Below the pieces are notes generated by a model. That model saw only the letters and a list, made by a program, of their open reading frames with translations. It did not search any database and had not been told where the DNA came from. A stretch of 32,253 bases of DNA, taken from contig JBBQDE010000001.1 of assembly GCA_038319425.1 (NCBI GenBank), positions 1 to 32,253 of the forward strand. The letters are read 5' to 3'. The position numbers and the translations under genes are program-made. This stretch comes from Gemmatimonadales bacterium (lineage in GTDB: Bacteria > Gemmatimonadota > Gemmatimonadetes > Gemmatimonadales > Gemmatimonadaceae). Shown here in pieces: positions 1-7,887 of the stretch (position 1 is its first letter; the number at the start of each line of letters is the position of its first letter).

Positions 1-1
1 G

Positions 2-2650
2 CTCGACGCGCTCCGCGCCGATCTGCTGCTCGTCGCCAGCGACGGCCGCTCCGAGAGCGACAGCGTCGTCGTGCACGCGGCCGACCGCGCGTTCGTTGGC
101 GCGGTGACGTTGCGCGTCACGTATCCGGCCTATCTCGGCCGCGCGGGAGAAGTGCTGCCGGTCGGCGAGCCACTGCGCCTGCCGCGCGGCACGGCCCTCG
201 ACATCGCGGGGCGGGCCTCCGTGCCGGTGACGTCGGTCTCGCTGTCCGAGGCGGGCCACGAGACGTATGCCCTCGTGCCGTCGGGACACGTGTTCGCCGG
301 ACGTCTCCTCGCGCTGCGATCGATGCAGCTCCGATGGAGCGCGTCGGGGCCCGGCGGCGAGGTGCCCGACCTTCCTCCGCCGCTCGAGATCACGACGCTT
401 GCCGACTCCGCGCCTCGCGTGGACATCGTGGAGCCGAAGGGCGACACCATCCTGGTTGGGTCAGCGAGGATCGGACTCGGCATCACCGCGTCGGACGATC
501 ATGGCATCGCCCGCATCGCCCTGCGCGTGACACGAGCGAGCGACGCGGCCACGCAGCAGGGCGTGGCGACGATCGCCGGTACGTCGTGGTCGGGCACCGC
601 GGCGCTGGACATCGCGACGCTCGCGCTTCAGCCGGGCGAGGCGGTGCGGGTCCGCGCCGAGGCCATCGATGCGTCGCCGTGGGCACAGCGCGGCGTGAGC
701 CGCGAGCTGGTGGTGCGTCGCGCCACGGCCGAGGAGCTCCGCGCCAGTGCGCGCGCCCTGGGTGATTCCGCGGTGCAGGAAGCGCGCGCCGCCGCGAGCG
801 CGCAGCGCTCGCTGGCACAGCGCACGGATGAGGCAGCACGCGCGCAGGCCCGGCAGGGCGCGAGCAAGGACGGCCAGGAGGCGAGCAGCGCCGCCGCGGC
901 GTCGACGCCGCAGTCGAAGCGGAACATGTCGTTCGAGAGCGCGGAGAAGGCGCGAGCCCTCGCGCAGGAGCAGCGCGCCATGACGGAACGCGTGCAGAAG
1001 CTCCGCGACGCGACGCAGAATCTCGAGCAGCAGCTCAAGGCGGCGGGTGCGCTCGACACGGCGCTGGCGCGGCAGCTCGGCGAAGCGCAGGCGCTGTTGC
1101 GCCAGGCGCTCACGCCACAGATGCAGGCGCAGATGCAGAAGCTCGAGAACGCGGCGCAGCAGATGAACGGTGAGCAGTCGCGCGACGCGCTGCGCGACCT
1201 CGCGCAGATGCAGCAGCGCATGAAGGAGCAACTCGAGCGCAGCGCGGAGATGCTGAAGCGCGCGGCGCATGAAGGGGCGATGCAGACGCTCGGCGACCAG
1301 GCGAAGGAACTGGCGGCGAAGGAGCGGGTGCTCGCCGACTCAGCGGCAGCGAACGGTGCCGACCGGAAGGCAGAGGATGCCCGCGCGGCGGCGACGCTCG
1401 CCGAACAGACGGAGCGGCTGCGTCAGCAGATGGAGAGCCTCAAGGACCGCTTGACCAAGGACCGGGCCGAGGCGGGCGCGGCGCACACCGAGCAGGCGAA
1501 GGATCACGCCGCGAAGTCCGAGACCGGCATGCGGCGCGCGGCGAACGAGATGCAGTCGCGGGAGCGTGGCGAGACGGGCGATGGCAAGACTGGCCAGCAG
1601 CAGCCGGGCGAGCCGAAGGCCGGCGATCCGGCCGATGGCAGCGAACGCGCTCGCGACGCGGCCGCCGAGATGGACCGCGCGGCCAAGTCGATGCAGGACG
1701 CGCGCGCCGAGCAGGTGAAGGAATGGAAGAAGGAGCTGACGTCGGAGCTCGACCGCGCGGTGCAGGAGATGATGCAGCTGTCGCGCGAGGAGCGTGCGCT
1801 CGAGCAGAAGGCGCGCAGTGGTTCGCCCTCCGATGACCGGCGCGGCGCGCAGAGCGCGGTGGAGCAGGGAGTGGACAAGGCGAGCGAGCGGCTGCAGGGC
1901 GCGGGCAAGAAGAGCGCGCTCTTCTCCCCCCGGTCGCAGCGCGCGATGTCCGACGCGAAGGAGAAGGTGAGCCAGGCGACGCAGCGCGTGAGCGAGTCGA
2001 AGGGGAGCGTGTCGCAACAGGCCGACGCCCTCGGCGATGCGGCGGATGCGTTGACGAAGGCCGCGGCCGCGCTGGCGCGCGACCGCGAGCGGGCGAATAG
2101 CGCCAACAGCGCCTCGGGCTTCAGCGAGATGCTGCAGCAGATGCAGGAGGCGGCGCAGAAGCAGGGGCAGATCAACTCGCAAGCACAGGGGCTGATGGGC
2201 ATGCCGAGCGCCAGCCAGAGCGGGGCAGGGCAGTCGCTGGCCCGTGAACTGGCGCGACGGCAGCGCGGCGTGGCCGACCAGCTGGACGAGGCGGGCGACG
2301 CCGCGGGTGGTGACAAGGCGGAACAGCTCGCGCGCGAGGCGCGGCAGCTCGCGGATGCGCTGGACGGCGGCCGGCTGGACGCCGCTACCCTGGCTCGGCA
2401 GCAGCAGCTCTTCCGACGCCTGCTCGATGCCGGCCGCTCGCTCGAGAAGGAGGAACGGGAGGACACGGGCAAGCGCGAGGCGAAGTCGGCGACTGGCAAC
2501 GACACGTTCACACCAGGCGCGAAGGTTGACACCAAGGCGGCGGTTCGCTTCCGTGCCCCGACCTGGGACGAGCTGCGCGCGCTTTCCCCAGACGAACGGC
2601 GGGCGATCCTCGACTACTTCACTCGGCTGAACAGTGCGTCGTCGCCGTAG
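2..2650 (+). CDS. Giant Ala/Gln/Glu/Arg-rich coiled-coil, low-complexity protein. Its 5' end lies outside the window. DUF4175/TIGR02302-like by recollection only.
   Basis: The frame is open from nt 2 (LDALRADLLLVASDGRSESDSVVV...), so the track start (GTG 71) is internal. A beta-rich N-part (VDIVEPKGDTILVG, ITASDDHGIARIALRV) is followed by about 600 aa of A/Q/E/R/K helical low complexity. Third-position GC is very high. TAG stop at 2648-2650. The next gene overlaps it by 17 nt. Confidence 0.75.
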   Translation, partial: LDALRADLLLVASDGRSESDSVVVHAADRAFVGAVTLRVTYPAYLGRAGEVLPVGEPLRLPRGTALDIAGRASVPVTSVSLSEAGHETYALVPSGHVFAGRLLALRSMQLRWSASGPGGEVPDLPPPLEITTLADSAPRVDIVEPKGDTILVGSARIGLGITASDDHGIARIALRVTRASDAATQQGVATIAGTSWSGTAALDIATLALQPGEAVRVRAEAIDASPWAQRGVSRELVVRRATAEELRASARALGDSAVQEARAAASAQRSLAQRTDEAARAQARQGASKDGQEASSAAAASTPQSKRNMSFESAEKARALAQEQRAMTERVQKLRDATQNLEQQLKAAGALDTALARQLGEAQALLRQALTPQMQAQMQKLENAAQQMNGEQSRDALRDLAQMQQRMKEQLERSAEMLKRAAHEGAMQTLGDQAKELAAKERVLADSAAANGADRKAEDARAAATLAEQTERLRQQMESLKDRLTKDRAEAGAAHTEQAKDHAAKSETGMRRAANEMQSRERGETGDGKTGQQQPGEPKAGDPADGSERARDAAAEMDRAAKSMQDARAEQVKEWKKELTSELDRAVQEMMQLSREERALEQKARSGSPSDDRRGAQSAVEQGVDKASERLQGAGKKSALFSPRSQRAMSDAKEKVSQATQRVSESKGSVSQQADALGDAADALTKAAAALARDRERANSANSASGFSEMLQQMQEAAQKQGQINSQAQGLMGMPSASQSGAGQSLARELARRQRGVADQLDEAGDAAGGDKAEQLAREARQLADALDGGRLDAATLARQQQLFRRLLDAGRSLEKEEREDTGKREAKSATGNDTFTPGAKVDTKAAVRFRAPTWDELRALSPDERRAILDYFTRLNSASSP

Positions 2651-4349
2651 GGCGGCGTTGCACGCCGGGCTCATCGCGCTCGTGCTGCTGGCGGTCGCGC
2701 CGCCGCGTGCCAGCGCCCAGGAAGAGGAATCGCCGGCGGTGCTGCGCGCGCTCGACCTCGAGAACGCGGGCAAGTATCGCGAAGCCGCGCAGCTCTTTCG
2801 CGCGGCGCTACGTGCCTCTCCCACCGCCGGCGCGCTACTCGGCCTGGAGCGCGCGTATGCGGAGCTGGGCATGAGCGACTCCCTGCTCGCGCCGCTCGAC
2901 TCGCTCATCGCACGCCGTCCGCGCGAGCCGCTCTTCCGCAGCGTGCAGTTGCGCACGCTCCAGATCCTGCGTCGCGATGACCTGCTCCGCGCCGCGTTCG
3001 AGCGCTGGGTGCGCGAGGTGCCGCGCGACCCGGCGCCGTTCCGCGAGTACGCGCGGCTCCTGCTGCAGCTCGGCCGGTCCGCCGCGGCCGACAGCGTGGT
3101 GCAGCGCGGCCGCCTCGTGCTGGGAGGCGTGCGCGACCTGGAGTACGAGACGGCGCAGCTTCGCGCGGCGCAGGGCGCGTGGGTGTCGAGCGCCGAGGCG
3201 TGGCGCCGCGCGCTGGGCGATGCGCCACACCTTGCCGGCGCGGCGGCGTATGCGCTGGCACCGACGCCGGCGGTCACCCGCGACTCGCTGCGCGGCATCC
3301 TGCTCGCGAGTCCGGCGGAGCTCGGATCGCGCAGCGCGCTGGCGGAGCTCGAGCTGGCGTGGGGCCGCCCGCACGAAGCGTGGGAGGCGCTCCGCGTCCT
3401 GCCGGCAGACACCACGTCGGCGCGCGTGTGGGCCGACTTCGGCGAGCGCGCGCTGGCGGAAGAGCGGTTCGACGTCGCGCGGGATGCGCTGGCGGCGTCG
3501 CTCCGCGTGCATCGGACCAGCGCGCTCGCGCTCAGCGCGGCCAACGCGGCGCTGCGTGCCGGCACACCCGTCGACGTGTTCGTCCTCGCGCCGCTGGCGG
3601 ACGTGGACGCGGATCCGGCGCGGGCGGCGCGCGACTACGTGCCGGTGCACGTCCAGGCGCTGGCGGCGCTCGGTCGCGGCGCGGAGGCGGAAGCGGTGGT
3701 GGATCGATACGACCGCTACCTCGCACCCGGCCAGCGGATGCGCCTTGCGCGCACGCTGGCTTCGGCGTGGGTCCACGCGGGCGACCTGCCGCGTGCGCGC
3801 GCCGCGCTTCGCGCCGCCGGCGAGGATGCCGATTCGAGCGAGGCTGCCGGTTGGCTCGCCCTGTACGAGGGGCGGCTCGCCGACGCGCGTACGCTGCTCA
3901 AGGGCGCGCGCGACCCGGGGCAGGATATGGCGCTCGCGCTCGGCATCGTCGCGCGCACGCGCGGCGACTCGGCGCGCGTGCTGGGTGCCGCGTTCCTGGC
4001 ACTCGCGCGGGGCGACAGCGCCGCAGCGGGGGCCAGGTTCGTCGAGGCCGCCGAGCGCCATCCGGAGGTGGCGTCGGCACTGATCGGCGCGGCGGCGCGG
4101 CTGCGCGCGGCGCGTGGAGACGACACCGGCGCGATGCAGCTCTGGCAACGCGTGGTAGCGCAGTACGGCGACAGCCCCGAGGCCGCCGAGAGCGAGCTCG
4201 AATGGGCGCGGACGCTGCGCCGGCGCAACGACACGGCCGGCGCGATCACGCATCTCGAGCATCTGATCCTCACTGCGCCGCAGAGCGCGCTCCTTCCCCA
4301 GGCGCGTCGCGAGCTGGAGCTCGCGCGCGGCGCCGTGCCAAGCCCCTGA
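2634..4349 (+). CDS. Secreted/periplasmic TPR-like repeat protein
   Basis: 571-aa ORF with a GTG start that overlaps the preceding gene. Signal peptide RRRRRAALHAGLIALVLLAVAPPRASA|QEE. Ala/Leu/Arg-rich helix pairs typical of TPR (GKYREAAQLFRAALRASP, GDSAAAGARFVEAAERHP, GDDTGAMQLWQRVVAQYGDSPEAAESELEWA). Confidence 0.7.
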   Translation: MRRRRRAALHAGLIALVLLAVAPPRASAQEEESPAVLRALDLENAGKYREAAQLFRAALRASPTAGALLGLERAYAELGMSDSLLAPLDSLIARRPREPLFRSVQLRTLQILRRDDLLRAAFERWVREVPRDPAPFREYARLLLQLGRSAAADSVVQRGRLVLGGVRDLEYETAQLRAAQGAWVSSAEAWRRALGDAPHLAGAAAYALAPTPAVTRDSLRGILLASPAELGSRSALAELELAWGRPHEAWEALRVLPADTTSARVWADFGERALAEERFDVARDALAASLRVHRTSALALSAANAALRAGTPVDVFVLAPLADVDADPARAARDYVPVHVQALAALGRGAEAEAVVDRYDRYLAPGQRMRLARTLASAWVHAGDLPRARAALRAAGEDADSSEAAGWLALYEGRLADARTLLKGARDPGQDMALALGIVARTRGDSARVLGAAFLALARGDSAAAGARFVEAAERHPEVASALIGAAARLRAARGDDTGAMQLWQRVVAQYGDSPEAAESELEWARTLRRRNDTAGAITHLEHLILTAPQSALLPQARRELELARGAVPSP

Positions 4350-5626
4350 TGACTTCACTCACAACGATCACGCCGCGCATCGTCGCGCTGTCGCTCGCGC
4401 TCCTCGCGGCGCCGGCGCTGCCGGCGCAGCGGTTGCTCGTGCCGATGGACGATGGGCAGACCAACCATCTCAAGGCGTACGGCCTGACCTACAACGCCAT
4501 GAAGACCGGCGTGCAGGCGGAGTGGCTGCTGAACTATCGTGGCGGCGCCTTCCTCCTGCCGGATCTTCCCGAGCTGCGCCGGCGCGCCGCGCTCGACGGG
4601 ATTTCGGTGGAGCCGTTGACCGATGCGTCGCTCGCGACGATCCGGCGAGAGATGGCGGGGGGGAACATGGAGAGCGTGCCGTTGGAGAAGGCGCCGCGCA
4701 TCGCCGTGTACACGCCGCCCGACGCGCAGCCGTGGGACGACGCCGTGACCCTGGCGCTCAAGTACGCCGGCATCGAGTTCACGCCGATCTACGACGAGCA
4801 GGTGGAGCAGGGCGACCTGGGCAAGTACGACTGGCTGCACCTGCATCACGAGGATTTCACGGGACAGTTCAACAAGTTTCATCTCGGATATCGCGACGCG
4901 CCCTGGTTCCGCGAGCTCGTCGCCAAGAATGCGGCGGCGGCGAAGCGGCTCGGCTTCGCCAGCGTGCCCGGGCTCAAGAAGGACGTCTCGGAGCGGATCC
5001 GGCAGTTCGTGGAGCGCGGCGGCTTCCTGTTCGCCATGTGCGGCGCGACGGAGACGCTGGAGCTGGCGATCGCCGGTCACGACGTGGACATCGCCGGCGA
5101 GTTCGCCGATGGAACGCCGATGGACCCCGACGCCGACGCGCGCATGCAGTGGAAGCGATCGCTCGCATTTCGCGACGCGCACCTCGAGCATTCGCCGTTC
5201 GTGAACTCGATGAGCGACATCGACGGACACCAGGTGAACGTCCCCGGACGGCGACAGCCGCTGGGCACCTTCACGCTGTTCAACTTCTCGGCGAAGTTCG
5301 ATCCGGTGCCGAGCATGCTCGTGCAGAACCACCGCGCGGTGCTGAACGACTTCTATGGCGTCACGACGTCGTTCACCAAGGCGACCCTCAAGAGCGGCGA
5401 CATCGTGCTCGCCACCGAGGAGGGAGCGCCGTGGGTGAAGTACCTTCACGGCGACTACGGCAAGGGGACGTGGACGTACCTCGGCGGACACGACCCCGAA
5501 GACCCGCAGCACGCGATCGGCAATCCGCCCACCGACCTGTCACTGCACAAGAGCAGTCCCGGGTACCGGCTGATCCTCAACAACGTGCTGTTTCCCGCCG
5601 CGAAGAAGAAGCCGCTGAAGACCTGA
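4349..5626 (+). CDS. Secreted class-I glutamine-amidotransferase-like protein. From memory, this family is often auto-annotated as asparagine synthetase B in Bacteroidota.
   Basis: ATG 4349 shares one nt with the TPR stop (TGATG). Track ORF 3179..5626 is only a 5' extension that runs through the TPR gene in another frame. Signal peptide MTSLTTITPRIVALSLALLAAPALPAQ. Motifs: HLKAYG, WLLNYRGG, WDDAVT, LHLHHEDFTGQ and FLFAMCGATE (nucleophile-elbow-like Cys). Confidence 0.7.
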   Translation: MTSLTTITPRIVALSLALLAAPALPAQRLLVPMDDGQTNHLKAYGLTYNAMKTGVQAEWLLNYRGGAFLLPDLPELRRRAALDGISVEPLTDASLATIRREMAGGNMESVPLEKAPRIAVYTPPDAQPWDDAVTLALKYAGIEFTPIYDEQVEQGDLGKYDWLHLHHEDFTGQFNKFHLGYRDAPWFRELVAKNAAAAKRLGFASVPGLKKDVSERIRQFVERGGFLFAMCGATETLELAIAGHDVDIAGEFADGTPMDPDADARMQWKRSLAFRDAHLEHSPFVNSMSDIDGHQVNVPGRRQPLGTFTLFNFSAKFDPVPSMLVQNHRAVLNDFYGVTTSFTKATLKSGDIVLATEEGAPWVKYLHGDYGKGTWTYLGGHDPEDPQHAIGNPPTDLSLHKSSPGYRLILNNVLFPAAKKKPLKT

Positions 5627-5633
5627 TCGCGCC

Positions 5634-7136
5634 TCACAGTCTGGGGTTCATCGCGTCCGACGGCGCAGTCGCCGGGGTCGACTGGCCCATCATCGCGCGC
5701 GGCGTGGCCGCCGCGGCCGCTGGCACGATGTTCTGGTTCACCCGGAACACGTTGCTGGGGTCGTACTTCGCCTTGATCGCCGCGAGTCGATCGTAGTTCG
5801 TGCCGTACGCGTCCCGGACGCGGCCCTGCTCTTCCTGGGTCAGGAAGTTCACGTACGCTCCCCCGGCGGCGAACGGTGCGGCGGCGTTGTAGACGTCGCG
5901 CGCCCACGTGATGAAGTTGCCGTCCATCGAGTCGTCGTCCCAGCGGGCGTGCACGTTCATCACGAACTGCGCGCGCCGGCCCATGTAGGCCGTCGCGTCG
6001 TCGGGCTTCCGACTGATCGCGCCGCCCAGGTGGGCGAGGAAGATCTCGCTCTGCGGACCTGGCAGCTCAGCGACCTGCGCGACGAGCGTGTCGAGCAGCT
6101 CGTCATTCAGTGTCATGAAGTTGTGGGTCTTCCAGTAGTTGCGCGCGCCCGGCGTGAGCAGCGGGTCGAAGGCGGTCTGGAATGCGGCATAGGGCGCGGG
6201 GCCGACGACGTCGGCGTGCGGCGTGCCGATCGCGCGCAGCGGACGCAGCGCACGCTCGCCGGCGGCGAGGTCGCCCGCGTAGCAGACCGCAAGCACCAGA
6301 ACCTCCTTGCCATGGACGGAGGTGGGCAGGAACGGCAGCGGTGGCGCCTTGCGCATCACGGCCCACACGGAGAGCGCGTCGGGAGCCGCCTCCACAACGT
6401 CGCGGTACCGCCGCAGCAGCTGCGCTGCGTTGTCGAACGGGTGGACGATGAGCCCGGCGAGCACCTCCGGTCCCACAGGGTGCAGGCGATACTCGAACGA
6501 CGTGACGACGCCGAAGTTGCCGCCGCCGCCGCGAAGGGCCCAGAAGAGATCGGAATTCTCCTGCTCGCTCGAGGTCACCAGCGCGCCGTCGGCCGTGACG
6601 ACGTCGGCACTGAGCAGGTTGTCGACCGTGAGCCCATAGGTGCGTGAGAGCCAGCCGTAGCCGCCGCCGAGCGTGAGGCCGGCGATGCCGGTCGTCGAGT
6701 TGATGCCGAGGGGTGTGGCGAGCGCGAACTGCTGGGTCTCGGTATCGAACTCGCCGAGCGTCACGCCACCTTCGGCGCGGCCCGTCCGGCGCGCCGGATC
6801 GACGCGCACGGCGCGCATCGGTGCGAGGTCGATGAGCAGCCCTTCATCCGCGAGGGCGTTGCCGGCGATGTTGTGCCCGCCGCCGCGCATCGAGAACAGC
6901 AGGTCGTGCTCGCGCGCGAACCGGACCGCCCGCAGCACGTCGGCGGCGCTGTGACAACGCGCGACGAGTGCCGGCCGTCGGTCCACCATGCCGTTCCAGA
7001 TGCGGCGCACGTCCTCGTAGTGTGGGGAGCCCTTCGGCACGATGTCGCCGCGCAGCGACGTCGCGAAGCGTTCGAGCTCGGTCGACGCAAGCACGGTCTT
7101 CTCTCCGCCGCGCGTGCGGACCATCAGGTCTGGCAT
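5634..7136 (-). CDS. FAD-binding (PCMH-type) oxidoreductase with a berberine-bridge-enzyme-like C-terminus
   Basis: Start placed at ATG 7136 because AAGGAGG lies 7 nt upstream. The track start at 7217 adds 27 aa and has no RBS. Motifs: RGGGHN, GGGYGWLSRTYG, RGGGGNFGVVT, and the BBE-like tail YVNF...NYDRLAAIKAKYDPSNVFRVNQNI. Confidence 0.85.
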   Translation of the reverse strand: MPDLMVRTRGGEKTVLASTELERFATSLRGDIVPKGSPHYEDVRRIWNGMVDRRPALVARCHSAADVLRAVRFAREHDLLFSMRGGGHNIAGNALADEGLLIDLAPMRAVRVDPARRTGRAEGGVTLGEFDTETQQFALATPLGINSTTGIAGLTLGGGYGWLSRTYGLTVDNLLSADVVTADGALVTSSEQENSDLFWALRGGGGNFGVVTSFEYRLHPVGPEVLAGLIVHPFDNAAQLLRRYRDVVEAAPDALSVWAVMRKAPPLPFLPTSVHGKEVLVLAVCYAGDLAAGERALRPLRAIGTPHADVVGPAPYAAFQTAFDPLLTPGARNYWKTHNFMTLNDELLDTLVAQVAELPGPQSEIFLAHLGGAISRKPDDATAYMGRRAQFVMNVHARWDDDSMDGNFITWARDVYNAAAPFAAGGAYVNFLTQEEQGRVRDAYGTNYDRLAAIKAKYDPSNVFRVNQNIVPAAAAATPRAMMGQSTPATAPSDAMNPRL

Positions 7137-7358
7137 GTGCGCACCTCCTTGGGAGTGACATCCGACGGTGTCGAAGCAGCACGGATCTGGCATCGGGCGC
7201 GCCTCATCATGCGGCAATCAGATGAACAGTCAAGTGGAACGCGGCCCGGGAGTCCCCCGTGTGACGCCGCGGCACTGGCGGAGGTTGGGCGGTACAGTGC
7301 TTCCCTCTGCTCAGGTCGCGGTCGCCGCCGATTCTTCTCACGCGCTCACACACCATTC

Positions 7359-7850
7359 ATGCTCACGTCGCCGCGCTACGCTTCCACTCGACTTCTCCTG
7401 ACGGCGCTCGGCTTGTCGTATCTCGTTGGCTGCCCGGCGGCGGCGCCGATCTCGCCGGCCGACGCGCCGACCGACGCGGCGGTGCCAACTGCTCTCCGCT
7501 CCGAGCTGGCTTTCACCTCGGTGCTGGCGAAGCCGCCCATGCAGGACACCGCACGCGTGGCGGCGGTGCCGGCCGGCATGGCAGTCCTGGGCCTGTTGAA
7601 CCAGACGGCCCCTTGTTTCTCGCTCGCCTCCGCCGCGACAAAGGCCGGTGCGCTCATCGTGGTGCGCCTGACGGCCACGGAGGTGCAGGGGACATGCAAC
7701 ACCTTTGCGGCGGGGGCGTTCGACTACGACGTCGGCGTGACGGGAATGCCGGCCGGTACCTACGACGTGGACGTCCTGCATCGCGTCGTGTTCAAGGACG
7801 GGCGGGTCGCCGAGTCGAGGGTGGGCGCCAGGCGCGTCGAGGTGAGATAG
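7359..7850 (+). CDS. Small lipoprotein of unknown function
   Basis: ATG 7359 lies inside track ORF 6873..7850, whose upstream part is antisense to the oxidase gene. Signal peptide with lipobox LSYLVG|C. The mature part is beta-rich. High GC3. Confidence 0.6.
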   Translation: MLTSPRYASTRLLLTALGLSYLVGCPAAAPISPADAPTDAAVPTALRSELAFTSVLAKPPMQDTARVAAVPAGMAVLGLLNQTAPCFSLASAATKAGALIVVRLTATEVQGTCNTFAAGAFDYDVGVTGMPAGTYDVDVLHRVVFKDGRVAESRVGARRVEVR

Positions 7851-7865
7851 GGCGGGCATCCCGCC
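7851..7865 (+). terminator. Short GC hairpin (GGCGGG-cat-CCCGCC) followed by a T-rich tract
   Basis: Starts immediately after the TAG stop at 7848-7850 and is followed by tctcttcggttta. The stem is only 6 bp. Confidence 0.3.
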
Positions 7866-7887
7866 TCTCTTCGGTTTATCTTCAGGG

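Noticed and set aside
461-3565. Very long ORFs on the opposite strand or in alternate frames of real genes. Examples: 1340..3565 (-, 741 aa), 461..1270 (-), 17982..19592 (-, 536 aa), 4355..5512 (-), 21740..22555 (-).
   Set aside because: Their products are Arg/Ala/Pro/Gly-rich low complexity, typical of stop-poor non-coding frames in 70% GC DNA. Each fully overlaps a gene with clear family motifs and proper GC3 skew.
3179-4348. The 5' 390 codons of track ORF 3179..5626.
   Set aside because: This part runs through the TPR gene in another frame with a nonsense-like Arg/Gly composition. The real gene starts at ATG 4349, with a signal peptide and stop/start overlap.
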